Source of the DNA: an uncultured Acidobacteriota bacterium
GTDB taxonomy: Bacteria > Acidobacteriota > Terriglobia > Acidiferrales > UBA7541
DNA length: 64,000 nucleotides
NCBI GenBank assembly: GCA_963842255.1
Contig: CAWJGI010000034.1
Span: 16,601 to 80,600, forward strand
Direction: 5' to 3'
Every line of letters begins with the position of its first letter. Positions within the stretch are counted from its first letter, which is position 1. The notes under the pieces are model-generated. The model was not told the DNA's origin. It saw nothing but the letters and a program-made list of their open reading frames with translations, and did no database searches. The translations under genes were made by a program, and so were the position numbers. Below are positions 33,718-44,032 of this stretch, in pieces.

Positions 33718-33790
33718 TTCCTTTTGCGCAGGTCGAAAACTGGAACTCCTACGCCCTCGGTCGCCGTGCATTCGGGCATCCTCCTGTCAG
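33718..33790. repeat. dispersed direct repeat, copy B (tandem to A, 98-nt period)
   Basis: TTCCTTTTGCGCAGGTCGAAAACTGGAACTCCTACGCCCTCGG... Confidence 0.5.
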
Positions 33791-33828
33791 AGGGGAGCAA
33801 CGAGCCTATTTCAGTGAGACAGAGGAGC

Positions 33829-35766
33829 TTAAGCAAACCTGAGCACTTCCTGGGCGGCGCGATGGGCTTGGTCAATCGCGGCATCGGCGTAGGCGCGCCC
33901 GGCCGCGTCCGAATTCGCGATCGAAATCCGGCCAAAGCGCTGGCGTCCGACGACGCACGAGCGTTCGTTCTCGTGCCCACGGGGATCGGAAAGCGATTCG
34001 TATTCGTAGGCATAACCGTGCGCCCAGCGATTCACAGTGATAGCCGAAATATCCCGCGCCGGATCGAATCCCGCCGGTCCCAGCATGCGCTGCAATTGAT
34101 CGCGTGTATTGCGCTCAATCACCGAGAAATTCGTCGAGTAGAGTTCGTATCGGCCGAACCGATACTGATCTCGCCTGGGAAGACCCGGCTTACACGCCGC
34201 CCGAAGCATGAACAGCACCATCGGCTCCGCCGGATCGCTTGGGAACCTGTACTCTCCGAGACTCACGGGAAAATCGAGCGCAACGTATGTGTGATAGCTG
34301 GCCGGCGCAACAATATGGTGGATCCCAAGCTTCTGGAACACAGCCCAATTCTGAATCGCGACGTGCGTATAGAGATACGGTACCTTCACGCCGAGGTGCA
34401 GCGCTTCCTTCTGTTTCGTGGGCAGTTCAGGGCAAAGATACGGAATCATCATGTTGTAACAGGCCAGCACGCACGATTTTGCTTGTACGGACTGCAGCTT
34501 TCCCTCGCGGACGTAGGTGACTTCAACGGACTGCGCGACATCCGGCGCCCCGGCATGGCTTGCGCGAACGGCAGTGCTGTTCAATCGAATGCGCACAGAC
34601 GCTCCGGGAACGTCCAGGCGCGAGTAATCGGCGCGAGCGGTAACCACGTCTTCCATCGTGTGGCCGGGGACTGAACCGGGAACGAGTGAGCGAACCAGCA
34701 AGCGCGCGATGGAAGCGTTGCCGTCCGGAAAATGGAAAATGTACGGCTCTTCCCTTTCAGTGCTGCCCAGGTTCATGCCGTCGAATCCGGCGTAGGTGAA
34801 AGAGCCATAGTCGTCACCCTCGGAGTAGCAGGTCAGCGCCGAAATGGCGTCAATGCCGACGCCAAATAAGTCTGCGGTATATGTCTGAAAAAATGGCAGC
34901 GCTTCCGGATGAAGATTGCAGAGCTTGGTCAGAAAATCGGCGTAGCTGATTTTAGCCAGGCGCGCTCGCTTCTCATCACGCGAGAGTCCCGGCAGATAAT
35001 CTTTTTTCTCGGTATAAACGCGCGCGATATCGCGCCGGGCCGTTTCGGAAAGCGGAGTCTGCGCGAGGAATTTCGCCCAGGGCGTCGTGCCCATCCCGGG
35101 CACGAGCCGGTCGTCGCCAAATGTTTCGCGATTGAAAAAACACGCCGTTCCCAGGTTCGCGTACAGTTTAGAATCGTAGGCTTTGTAGAAACGCTGCGTT
35201 TCGATTCCCAGTTCGCGCAGCAATGCCTTCGCCACTGGGCTGTAGTCGCCCGGACTTTCGATGGATTGGCTCCCGCCATTGGAAAGCAATAACCTGTTGT
35301 GCACCTGAAATTCATTACGCACGGCATGGCCGCCGAAATCGTCATGGTTCTCCAAAACGAGAATGCGTGCGCCCGCCCCGGCGTAATGCCGGTAGAAATA
35401 TGCGGCCGCGAGTCCACTGATGCCTCCGCCGACAACAACCAGGTCGTAGGTTTCGCCCGTGCTCTCAGGCTTTGCCGCCGAATCCCAGAATTGGCCGTCA
35501 CGCAACTGGTGGGCTATCTCGAAAGATCCGGGATGATTTCCGCGCAGGCTAGTCTGCGCCGGCGGATCGTAACGAGGATCGTGCGGCGCTATGCCCTGCT
35601 GAAGGAGAGGATCGTCCGCAGACTCATCCGGCCCCTTGTCCTGCGACGCCCGCGTGTTTGCCGGCAGAAGCGATGCGCCGACGGCCAACGCGACGCCATT
35701 CAAGAAATCGCGACGGGTAATCCTTCGATACATCCCCAGTTCGCGGTCGCGTGAATCGTCGCTCAT
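33829..35766 (-). CDS. Tat-exported FAD/NAD(P)-binding amine oxidoreductase (spermidine dehydrogenase SpdH-like)
   Basis: Has a twin-arginine signal ([21 protein letters not shown]) and a Rossmann motif ([18 protein letters not shown]...[12 protein letters not shown]). ATG at 35766. Confidence 0.75.
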   Translation of the reverse strand: MSDDSRDRELGMYRRITRRDFLNGVALAVGASLLPANTRASQDKGPDESADDPLLQQGIAPHDPRYDPPAQTSLRGNHPGSFEIAHQLRDGQFWDSAAKPESTGETYDLVVVGGGISGLAAAYFYRHYAGAGARILVLENHDDFGGHAVRNEFQVHNRLLLSNGGSQSIESPGDYSPVAKALLRELGIETQRFYKAYDSKLYANLGTACFFNRETFGDDRLVPGMGTTPWAKFLAQTPLSETARRDIARVYTEKKDYLPGLSRDEKRARLAKISYADFLTKLCNLHPEALPFFQTYTADLFGVGIDAISALTCYSEGDDYGSFTYAGFDGMNLGSTEREEPYIFHFPDGNASIARLLVRSLVPGSVPGHTMEDVVTARADYSRLDVPGASVRIRLNSTAVRASHAGAPDVAQSVEVTYVREGKLQSVQAKSCVLACYNMMIPYLCPELPTKQKEALHLGVKVPYLYTHVAIQNWAVFQKLGIHHIVAPASYHTYVALDFPVSLGEYRFPSDPAEPMVLFMLRAACKPGLPRRDQYRFGRYELYSTNFSVIERNTRDQLQRMLGPAGFDPARDISAITVNRWAHGYAYEYESLSDPRGHENERSCVVGRQRFGRISIANSDAAGRAYADAAIDQAHRAAQEVLRFA

Positions 35767-35899
35767 CACCTCTCCCGAAGTTCTGCGAAGCGGGACATTT
35801 TCTCCAACTCTGCGGGGTTTTAGCAAGGTTCCAGTAGAGCCAGTTTCAAACAGCGCGGCGCGGAGTTGGCTTCGCCATTTCCTCACGCGTTTCTGAGGG

Positions 35900-35995
35900 T
35901 TCCTTTTGGGCCGGGTCGAAAACTGGGACTCCCACCCTTACCGTTCACCGCGCCCGTTATGCTCGGCCTTCATCCGCTTGGCGGTGCTCCAACAT
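35900..35995. repeat. dispersed direct repeat, copy C
   Basis: TTCCTTTTGGGCCGGGTCGAAAACTGGGACTCCCACCCTTACCG... By eye it is about 80% identical to copy B over the first ~45 nt. Confidence 0.5.
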
Positions 35996-36051
35996 ACCTC
36001 CTTCCCGAGATTATTTTCATGGTTCGCTTGTGACGCCGAAGGCGCCATGAT

Positions 36052-38520
36052 TTATTCGTAGCGCAATGCAACCATAGGATCCACCCGGCTGGCGTGTCTC
36101 GCGGGAAGATAGGTTGCGACCAGCGTCACGCCACTTAGCAAAACTGCTACCAGCACGATGGTAACGGGATCCCAAGGTTTTACACCGAAGAGCAAGCTGC
36201 TCATCAGTCGCGTAAGTCCTAGCGCGGAACCAATTCCGATAATCACTCCCACGAGCGCGAGTTGCATTCCTTGAGTAACGACCATTCGGCGCACTCTTTC
36301 GGGACTGGCACCCAGCGCCATGCGCACCCCAATTTCTTGCGTCCGTTGCTGCACCGAATATGCCATCAGACCATAAACGCCGATAGCCGCCAGCAGCAGC
36401 GCCACGCCCGCGAAGATCGTTAGCAGCGTCATGTAGAAATCGTTTCTTGCCATGGATTCGCTCACCACTTGTTGCATGTTCCGAATGTGGGCTACAGGCA
36501 AACCACCGCTGGCCTCGCGCAATTCGCGCTGAATGTCCGCACTAAGGCTAAACGGCTGAAGTTTCGTTCGAACCAACCAAGTGATAGGACCGATCCGATT
36601 ATTCAGTGCCACGACTCCGTCATTCACCTGCGCGATTGGAACGTACATAGTCGCGATCGGAGGCTCGCTCAATGCGCCCTCCCGGACGTCCCCGACAATG
36701 CCGACGATCTGACGCGGCGGTTCCTCGAATTCCGGACCCACGCCTTTCCCAATGATGATGCGAGCTCCGAGAGCATCGCCTTTCGGCCAGAATTTTTTCG
36801 CCATCGTTTCGTTGATCACCACCACGCGGCCCGCAGCGCCATTGTCCTGGTCTGTAAACGTGCGGCCCTTCACCAGCGGAACACGAAAAATGTCGAAATA
36901 TCGCGGTGATATTGAAATCCAGCCCGCTTCTCCATTGTATGGACCATCGGCCGGCGCTTGCCCTTCGATGTTGAAGGGCAGCCCGAATCCTCCTTCAAGC
37001 GGCAGACAGCAGGTAGCGCCTGCGGCGGTCACTCCCGGCAGACTCTCGACGCGCTGCCTGCCGGCGCGCTCCAGTTGATCTACTCCGGCGGCCTTCTCGA
37101 AACGCGCGTCCGCAAGTGACATTTCCATGGTCAACACATTTTTCGGATCGAACCCTGGATTCACGCCGCGGAGGGCCCCGAACGTGCGTATGAGTAAGGC
37201 AGCCCCAACCAGCAAAATCAGGGCCAGCGCCATTTCCGTAATCACCAGTATTGAGCGCGCTTTGTTGTGGCGAAGTCCGCTTCCTGTCCGCGATCCGCTC
37301 TCCCTCAGCGTAAGGCTCAAGTCTGACCGCGAAGCGCTGAGCGCCGGAACCAATCCGAACAACACGCCGGTAAGAAGCGCCGAAACCAGAGTGAACCCAA
37401 GCACGCGCCAGTCAAGCACCACTCCGGTCCCGTTCTCCCCGATACGCGGAATGTCGCCGGGGTTTATCGCAAGCAGCGCGCGAACACCCAGATAGCCGAG
37501 CACAAGTCCAAGCACGCCTCCAGCCAACGAAAGCAACAGGCTTTCCGTCAGTAACTGCCATATGATGCGTGAGCGTCCTGCGCCCAGCGCGGCTCGAATG
37601 GCAATTTCGCGCTTTCTGATCGTTGCCCTGGCCAACAACAAATTCGCAACGTTGGCGCAGGCGATCAGTAGAACAAAGCCAACAGCGCCGAAAAGCAGAA
37701 GCAGACCGAGACGGGCATCGCCGATCACGCTGTCTCGCAGTGGTACGGCAGTGAAGCTCTCGTCAGGCCCCATAACCGGCGAATTGGGGAATTTTCGTTT
37801 GAACTGTTCCGCGGCCATCTTCATTGCGGCTTGCGCCTGGGCAAGCGTGACGCCCGGCCTCAGCCGCGCCGTCGCTCGCAAGTAGTGGCCTTGATCGATG
37901 CTGTTTGGGTCAGGCTTGAGCGGCAGCCATATATCGCTCTGGGGATCGCTTGTAAACGTCCGACCTAACACTCCGATCACGACATAGGGATCGCCTCCGA
38001 GATCGATCGTCCGGCCGATGATTCCTGGATCTCCACCGAACCGGCTGCGCCACAATCCATTGCTGATCACTACTACCGCGGGGCCTCCCGGACGATCTTC
38101 TTCGGTGGTGTAGGCTCGTCCGAGCGTCATCGGAGCGCCAAACACACGGAAATAGTCAGACGAAGCATGAATCCCTTTGAGCTGTTCCGGGCGGTCTTCA
38201 CCGGTGAGATTTATTCCTGGGCCGGAAAAATCGTAGGCCGCAACTGAATCAAAAACCTGCGTCTGCTCGCGCCAGACGTTGAACTTCGGTATCGAAGTGG
38301 CGTCGCTGTTTCCTTCCTTGGAGGTAAGTTCAAGTTCCACCAGACGGTCGGGATTCGGGTAGGAAAGCGGCTGCAACAGTACGCTGTTGACCACAGAAAA
38401 AATCGCCGTATTACCGCCGATACCCAGCGCCAGCGTCAAAATCGCGACCGTCGAGAAACCGGGACTCTTCGCCAGGCCCCGCAGACCGTACCGAGCATTT
38501 TGCAGGAAAGCTTCCATCAT
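36052..38520 (-). CDS. ADOP-family ABC transporter permease (duplicated FtsX/MacB-like orphan permease)
   Basis: Contains MMEAFLQNARYGLRGLAKSPGFSTVAILTLALGIGGNTAIFSVVNSVLL, two FtsX domains and a C-terminal DPMVALRYE. Confidence 0.9.
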   Translation of the reverse strand: MMEAFLQNARYGLRGLAKSPGFSTVAILTLALGIGGNTAIFSVVNSVLLQPLSYPNPDRLVELELTSKEGNSDATSIPKFNVWREQTQVFDSVAAYDFSGPGINLTGEDRPEQLKGIHASSDYFRVFGAPMTLGRAYTTEEDRPGGPAVVVISNGLWRSRFGGDPGIIGRTIDLGGDPYVVIGVLGRTFTSDPQSDIWLPLKPDPNSIDQGHYLRATARLRPGVTLAQAQAAMKMAAEQFKRKFPNSPVMGPDESFTAVPLRDSVIGDARLGLLLLFGAVGFVLLIACANVANLLLARATIRKREIAIRAALGAGRSRIIWQLLTESLLLSLAGGVLGLVLGYLGVRALLAINPGDIPRIGENGTGVVLDWRVLGFTLVSALLTGVLFGLVPALSASRSDLSLTLRESGSRTGSGLRHNKARSILVITEMALALILLVGAALLIRTFGALRGVNPGFDPKNVLTMEMSLADARFEKAAGVDQLERAGRQRVESLPGVTAAGATCCLPLEGGFGLPFNIEGQAPADGPYNGEAGWISISPRYFDIFRVPLVKGRTFTDQDNGAAGRVVVINETMAKKFWPKGDALGARIIIGKGVGPEFEEPPRQIVGIVGDVREGALSEPPIATMYVPIAQVNDGVVALNNRIGPITWLVRTKLQPFSLSADIQRELREASGGLPVAHIRNMQQVVSESMARNDFYMTLLTIFAGVALLLAAIGVYGLMAYSVQQRTQEIGVRMALGASPERVRRMVVTQGMQLALVGVIIGIGSALGLTRLMSSLLFGVKPWDPVTIVLVAVLLSGVTLVATYLPARHASRVDPMVALRYE

Positions 38521-38564
38521 CCGCCCTTGCCCGTTGCGGAGTGTATGCGCGATAAACAACTCCG

Positions 38565-38750
38565 TCAAATCGCGACCTTACTTACTGGCCCAAGCGCAAC
38601 ATCGTCGGCAAGGGAGGTCAATCCCTGATTCGTAATTGGAAGTCTGAAGTCCACATCGACGATAAGCGCTGTCGGGCACTGCGTTAAGTGCGGAGCCAAA
38701 CCGCGTGTTTTCCGCTGCAATTGCGTGCGCGAGAACTTCTTTCGCACCAC
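38565..38750 (-). pseudogene. possible PadR-like regulator C-terminal remnant (weak)
   Basis: RKKFSRTQLQRKTRGL resembles the PadR C-terminal helix, and its position upstream of an ADOP permease is typical. The N-terminal wHTH is absent. Confidence 0.2.
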
Positions 38751-38972
38751 GACCTCGCCGTGCAGGTTAGGTCCGACCAGATGAAAACTGTCTTGCCAAC
38801 TTTACGGCCTTCATGAATCCCGGAATGCCGGGGTGTCCTCATCTTCCAAATTCAAAAACGATGCTCACAGTCGAGCCAAAATTTCTAAATCCCTTATTTT
38901 TTCCCTTTTAGCACTGTAAAACACGGAAAAGGAAACAGAATCCTTTTTGGATGCTAAGAGCTCACTTTCCCG

Positions 38973-39323
38973 CTATTGCACATTGAGTGTGACGGGAATG
39001 CTGTGAATGTCTGTGCCCGACGACGCGTTCACGGTGACGGTGTACGTTCCTGTCGGCGTTCCCATATTGGGGAACTGTACACACACGCAGCAGCGGAGAC
39101 TGAACGCGAAGCCGTGCTCGCCATGGAAAGGGCGATTTATGGCGATTTGTTTCGAGTTGTTCCCAATTTGGGGAACAGGAACAACTCGGCGGCAATTAAC
39201 TGGAGTTGAGGCTGAAACCGGTTGCCTTGTAACTGAAACTAAAAAGGGCGCTTCGAGGTTTTGCTTCGCAGCGCTCATGGTTGCGGGGGGCCGATACGTA
39301 CCGAATTTAGACAATTTGTGCAT
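38973..39323 (-). pseudogene. remnant of a C-terminal Ig-like surface domain
   Basis: Ends in ..GTPTGTYTVTVNASSGTDIHSIPVTLNVQ*. The upstream part is scrambled over several frames. Confidence 0.3.
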
Positions 39324-39568
39324 CCCATTCCGCAGTGAACTGATTCATTGCGCTCCGTAAGCTTCAAAAACGGCGCTGCTTTCGGGGTTAGTTTCTGTGT
39401 GGCCGTTTATTAGCGGCCAATTCTTTGAATCACACCCCCAGATACACGTAGCCGACAAGCTGTATTCTCTTCCAGTTGGATTTTTGCTTCAGGAGGAAGG
39501 GGGCTCCGTTTCCGGCTGCGATCTTGACGGGTCAACGCCGGAGAGCAAAGCCCCGATGAGCTACGATT

Positions 39569-40099
39569 GTGTTTATCCCATTTTGCGTTCCGCTGCACAA
39601 GCTCGAAACGGATTGGGCTACGAGCTGCGCCGAGGTCATCTTGCGGCGATGCCCGGTTTGTGAGCGCGATTCGATCATCGGCCACGGACGCCGCCGCAAG
39701 CAAGCGCATGATGAACACCACGATTGGATTGGGATTCGGCGCGGTCGCTGTCCCGGTTGCGGAAAGACCTTCACCTTCCTGCCGTTGCTTTCTCTCCCTT
39801 ACACTCAGTACAGCTTGCTGGTTCGCTGTCAGGCATTGCGGCGGCGCTTTGTAGAGCAGCACTGTTCCTGGGAAGAGGCGACGCCTGCGCTGAAGGACGC
39901 GAATCGGACGCCCGATCCTTCTACGCTACGTCGCTGGGCCCAGCATCTAGACCGCTCCCAGCCGGCTCTTTCCTTTCTCCGGCAAACCCTCGCGCATGTC
40001 ACTCACTGGCTGGCGCCTGGTGATCCAGCCGATCACCAAGCCGAGCCTTTGTGTTCGCTGATTCCGGTTCTGCAAATTCTTTTGCCCTTGCGTCTCTGA
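39569..40099 (+). CDS. DUF6431-type zinc-ribbon protein (mobile-element associated)
   Basis: Contains CPVCERDSIIGHGRRRK...IRRGRCPGCGKTFTFLP. Confidence 0.6.
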   Translation: MFIPFCVPLHKLETDWATSCAEVILRRCPVCERDSIIGHGRRRKQAHDEHHDWIGIRRGRCPGCGKTFTFLPLLSLPYTQYSLLVRCQALRRRFVEQHCSWEEATPALKDANRTPDPSTLRRWAQHLDRSQPALSFLRQTLAHVTHWLAPGDPADHQAEPLCSLIPVLQILLPLRL

Positions 40100-40132
40100 G
40101 AAAATTTCGCCACCCACCATCCTTGCCTGGAA

Positions 40133-40456
40133 ATGCTGGCGGCCTTCTCCTACGTTCGTCTCCAGAGGGGAAACTGCGCCGTGGGCGAGGACGTCGAAAA
40201 ACTGAAACAGCGTCTTTCGCTGCTCGATTATCTGCGGCAGCAGGATTGGGTCGCCCGGCCCGCCGCTCACGGCGACGAGTTCGTCGGACTCTGTCCCCTG
40301 CATTTAGAAACCCGGCCTTCGTTCTATGTCAACGCTCGCAAGAATCTCTTTTACTGTCACGGTTGCGGCCAGGTGAAGCCCGCAACCTCCCGACACCCTG
40401 AAAATGGGCAGAGATTGGCCGCCAAAGCCGAACAATTCGGGAGTCGATGGCGATAA
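40133..40456 (+). pseudogene. CHC2 (primase-type) zinc-finger protein, truncated
   Basis: Contains LCPLHLETRPSFYVNARKNLFYCHGCGQ, after which homology is lost. No Toprim or helicase part follows. Confidence 0.55.
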
Positions 40457-40782
40457 GCGCGTTTTCTCGTTACTAATCCAACCTATGCCTGAGCCTCTGG
40501 ATGGGTCCGCTTCAGCATCGGGACGCCTAGGTTCTCAATGAGAGTAAGCAGAAGGTAATTGCTCAGGCGTAAGGTGTGCCTGCCATTGCGGCTTTTATGC
40601 CGACGGTTCCCTGATCATCGATTGCGAGAAAGGCGGCCTTCGCCTTCTGTGTACCTCTGTCTAATTACGTCACCGAGACCGAGTAGCGAAACAACCAGCG
40701 CGGTCGATAACGACGAGACACGTCTCCCGATCAGGTCGGCGAGACAAATTTCCGCTCGAAGAAAGCCGCAGTGAAACGCGGG

Positions 40783-42690
40783 TTAGGAGTGCGCGGTCGA
40801 GTCTTGACCTTGACGCAATTCCCGGGTCATTTGCCAAGCGGAAAGCGCAGCGACTAGCATCAGGCACCCTCCCAGCGTCCATTTCTGCATGAGCAATTTG
40901 CCCACACCAAAAAGAGCGCTGTACACCATTACGGTACCGAGAATACAACACCACAGGTTTTGCCTGAGATCGTGCGTTGCCGGGATTTCGGCTGCGAGCG
41001 CGCCGATCGTTTTCCAGCCGGTGACGTCGGGACGAACCTTGCGGTAGAAAGAGAGCAGTATGCTGTCCGGTTCGGGAGCTGTGAGTAGCGTCACTACAAT
41101 CCACACCGCAGTGGTGATGAAAGTTGTGGTCAGAACATTCTTGGCGAAAAGCACGGTGGCCGACCCCATGAAAAATGTCGGTCGCCCAATCAAAGCGTTC
41201 CACAATTCTTCAGAATGCAGCGCTAAGGTCAAAAGCAGCGCGGTAATCATGGAAGAAATTTCACTCCACGCGTTGATGCGCCACCAGTACCAGCGCAGCA
41301 AGTACACCCCGCCGGTGCCGGCGCCCACTTCAAGCACGGCTTGCCACCCGGAACGAATCGACGCCAGTTGAGCGGAAACGTAGCCAGTGGCGATCACCAG
41401 CAGCACTGTGACGAACTGAGAGACGTGAACGTAGTGACGTTCTGAGGCGTGTCGGACCAGGAAACGGCGGTAGAAATCCTCGACAACATAGGAAGTGCCC
41501 CAGTTCAGTTGCGTTGCGATCGTGGACATGAATGCAGCGAGAAAGCCGGCGACGATAATGCCGCGCAATGCGTGCGGTACATGGTCATTCACCATCATCA
41601 TGTAACTCGTCTCCGGATGGGACAGACCTGGATACAGCACGATCGCGGCAAGCGCGGTAAGAATCCAGGGCCACGGCCGCAACGCAAAGTGCGCCACGTT
41701 AAACCACAACACGGATAGCAGGCCTTGCCGTTCGTCGCGTGCGCTGAAAATGCGTTGGGCAATGTAGCCTCCTCCGCCTGGCTCCGACCCCGGATACCAG
41801 AACGCCCACCACTGCACGCCGAGATACACCGCAAAAGTGATCACCGGTAGAGTCCATAGTGTTTCGGTAGCGAATCCACGCGAAAAATCGGGGAGAAATG
41901 CAATAGGATCCGCGGCACCATTTTTGGAGCGTAGCTCTGCGATCTGCTCGATCATGGAATTCATCCCGCCCGCAGCACGCACCGAATAGTAAGCGATAGC
42001 AATCACGATGCTCATTTTCAGGATGAATTGAAAAAGGTCGGTCCACAGAACCCCGGAAAGCCCGCCAAGCGAAACATAGAAGCCAGTGAAGGGGATGAGG
42101 AAAAAAATGCAAATAATTAGCGCGTAGCCATCGGCGCCGGAAAACGTCGCACCAAACACGCCGCTAAGGCTGCGCGACATACTCTGAAGAAAATGCCATC
42201 CGCTAATGGTAGAACCGAGCGTGGTGCCAACAATGTTAATCATCGCCTTTGTCACCCAGCCCAGGATCAAGCAGTTCATCAGCACACCCAGGTAAATGGC
42301 ACGAAATCCGCGCAAAAACGCAGCGGGCTTGCCGGAGTAACGCATTTCGGCGAACTGCACGTCGGTCATCAGGCCCGAGCGGCGCCACAATCGCGCAAAT
42401 AAAAATACCGTCATCATTCCCGACGGCAGAAAGGCCCACCAGATCCAGTTTCCGGAAATGCCCTGCGTGTAAACGAGGCCGGCTACAAGCAAAGGCGTGT
42501 CCGCGGCGAATGTAGTGGCCACCATGGACGTACCGGCCAGCCACCAGGAGGCCGTGCGCCCGGAAACGAAATAGTCTTCAGAGCTGCGCGCCGCCGAGCG
42601 CCGGAAATAAAGTCCAAGTAGGAGAGTAATCAGAAGGTAGGCAACAATCGCGGACCAATCCAACAATGTGAAGGGCATGGACCAGCGCAT
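40783..42690 (-). CDS. sodium:solute symporter (SSF) family transporter
   Basis: 635 aa with about 14 TM spans. Contains YFVSGRTASWWLAGTSMVATTFAADTPL. Confidence 0.9.
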   Translation of the reverse strand: MRWSMPFTLLDWSAIVAYLLITLLLGLYFRRSAARSSEDYFVSGRTASWWLAGTSMVATTFAADTPLLVAGLVYTQGISGNWIWWAFLPSGMMTVFLFARLWRRSGLMTDVQFAEMRYSGKPAAFLRGFRAIYLGVLMNCLILGWVTKAMINIVGTTLGSTISGWHFLQSMSRSLSGVFGATFSGADGYALIICIFFLIPFTGFYVSLGGLSGVLWTDLFQFILKMSIVIAIAYYSVRAAGGMNSMIEQIAELRSKNGAADPIAFLPDFSRGFATETLWTLPVITFAVYLGVQWWAFWYPGSEPGGGGYIAQRIFSARDERQGLLSVLWFNVAHFALRPWPWILTALAAIVLYPGLSHPETSYMMMVNDHVPHALRGIIVAGFLAAFMSTIATQLNWGTSYVVEDFYRRFLVRHASERHYVHVSQFVTVLLVIATGYVSAQLASIRSGWQAVLEVGAGTGGVYLLRWYWWRINAWSEISSMITALLLTLALHSEELWNALIGRPTFFMGSATVLFAKNVLTTTFITTAVWIVVTLLTAPEPDSILLSFYRKVRPDVTGWKTIGALAAEIPATHDLRQNLWCCILGTVMVYSALFGVGKLLMQKWTLGGCLMLVAALSAWQMTRELRQGQDSTAHS

Positions 42691-42748
42691 TTATGGCATA
42701 GTTCGCCCGATTGGGACAATGGGAATCCGGTTGCGGGGATCACAATAT

Positions 42749-42793
42749 CTAAAAGACAAGCCGGGAGACGTGATCGCCTCCCGGTTTCTTTTG
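42749..42793 (-). terminator. bidirectional intrinsic terminator after the YXWGXW gene
   Basis: The stem is CCGGGAG / CTCCCGG (7 bp) with a 10-nt loop. It is flanked by T-rich runs on both strands. Confidence 0.6.
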
Positions 42794-42829
42794 GACGCGA
42801 GCCTGTTGTGTTAGATGCTCAGGGGTTTC

Positions 42830-44032
42830 CTACTTTTCTTTGGTGCTGCTATTGCTGTGCTTCTGATTGTGAATCTGCTTGCTTTCCTTGTTCTGTTCCT
42901 TATTGACCTGTTTCTTTTCAGCGGGAGTCAGCTTTCCGCCGTTTGCCTTGCGGTCTGCGTTCACCTGCTTGTTGATTTTCTGCTCATTGCCTTCGTCTTT
43001 TGCAGCTTCGCCAGCACTCATTTTGCCGCTTTGAATGCCGTTGGCGATGCGGTCCTGCTGATTCTCTTGCCGCTGGCCTACCTCGCTCTTGTTGCCGGGC
43101 TGTGTCGCGGCATTGTGCTTATCGTCATAAATCGAGCGGCTCACGTTATTCTGCTGTTGATTCACGTGCTGCCGTTCTGCCGGAGTCAGCGTTCCATCGT
43201 TGGCTTTACGGTCGGCGCTCACTTCATGGTTGATGTTCGACTCGCGCGTCTCCAGGTTCTTTGTTTCGCCAGCCGTCAGTTGTCCTGATCGGACGCCATT
43301 CGCGATGCGATCCTGCTGATTTTCGGCGCGAGCGCCTACCTTGCTCATCGCTGGTGTCGCAGGCTTCCCATGATTGACTGAGGCGAAATTCGAGCGGTCG
43401 GTGCTTGCGGCATGTTCATGAGAGGCCTGTTCAGCGGTAGGCTGAACGTGCTCTTCGTGCGCAGCAGCTTCTTCTTCCGCAGTCGGCTTCGCGGCAACTC
43501 CGCCCGGACCGCCATTGAAACTGGTGCGGGTCACCGTCGTATTATTCACGACAGTTTTGTCCACGTAGGTGTTGTGGATCACTGTGGTGTTAACGTTGAC
43601 CACCGCGGTGTTATACGCGAAGTGCCCGCCACGCCACGCCCCGCCGACGAAACCGACTCCGCCATAACCGAAACCGTAATTCACGCCGCCGTAGAAGCCC
43701 ACGTGCGGGCCCCAGTAGCCCCCATGAAATCCATAAACGCCACCCGCAAATCCCCAATAACCAGGGGTCCAAAGCAGACCGACTCGTGGCGGTGCCACCC
43801 ATACGCCCGGTACCCAATAGTAATCACCATTCGTATAACCCCAGTAGCCGGGTGTCCAGATATATCCTTCCAGCGGGCAAGCTGGCTGAACGTAAACCGG
43901 CAAGGCCGGCGGAGCGACATGGACCGAAATACCAATCGCGATTTGCGCAGACGCTGAAGGCGTCGTTGCGAATCCAAGTGCTGCTAACAGTGCAACCGGT
44001 AAAAGTGCTCGAACGACTGCGAACCTAGACAT
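42830..44032 (-). CDS. secreted YXWGXW-repeat protein with two C-terminal ~60-aa polar repeats
   Basis: Has a signal peptide, then GYIWTPGYWGYTNGDYYWVPGVWV...WTPGYWGF. It then has two copies of ENQQDRIANG..SG...AGE...N..V.ADRKANGG.LTPAE...VN..QN. Confidence 0.7.
   Translation of the reverse strand: MSRFAVVRALLPVALLAALGFATTPSASAQIAIGISVHVAPPALPVYVQPACPLEGYIWTPGYWGYTNGDYYWVPGVWVAPPRVGLLWTPGYWGFAGGVYGFHGGYWGPHVGFYGGVNYGFGYGGVGFVGGAWRGGHFAYNTAVVNVNTTVIHNTYVDKTVVNNTTVTRTSFNGGPGGVAAKPTAEEEAAAHEEHVQPTAEQASHEHAASTDRSNFASVNHGKPATPAMSKVGARAENQQDRIANGVRSGQLTAGETKNLETRESNINHEVSADRKANDGTLTPAERQHVNQQQNNVSRSIYDDKHNAATQPGNKSEVGQRQENQQDRIANGIQSGKMSAGEAAKDEGNEQKINKQVNADRKANGGKLTPAEKKQVNKEQNKESKQIHNQKHSNSSTKEK

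Noticed and set aside
33620-35995. I considered whether the direct repeats flanking the oxidoreductase gene are integron attC sites or MITE ends.
   Set aside because: They have no GTTRRRY/RYYYAAC core pairs, no internal inverted symmetry shared by the copies, no terminal inverted repeats and no target duplication.
39397-39862. I considered ORFs 39397..39663 (+) and 39410..39862 (-) upstream of the DUF6431 gene.
   Set aside because: They have no family resemblance, they mutually overlap, and their composition is consistent with non-coding or decayed sequence.
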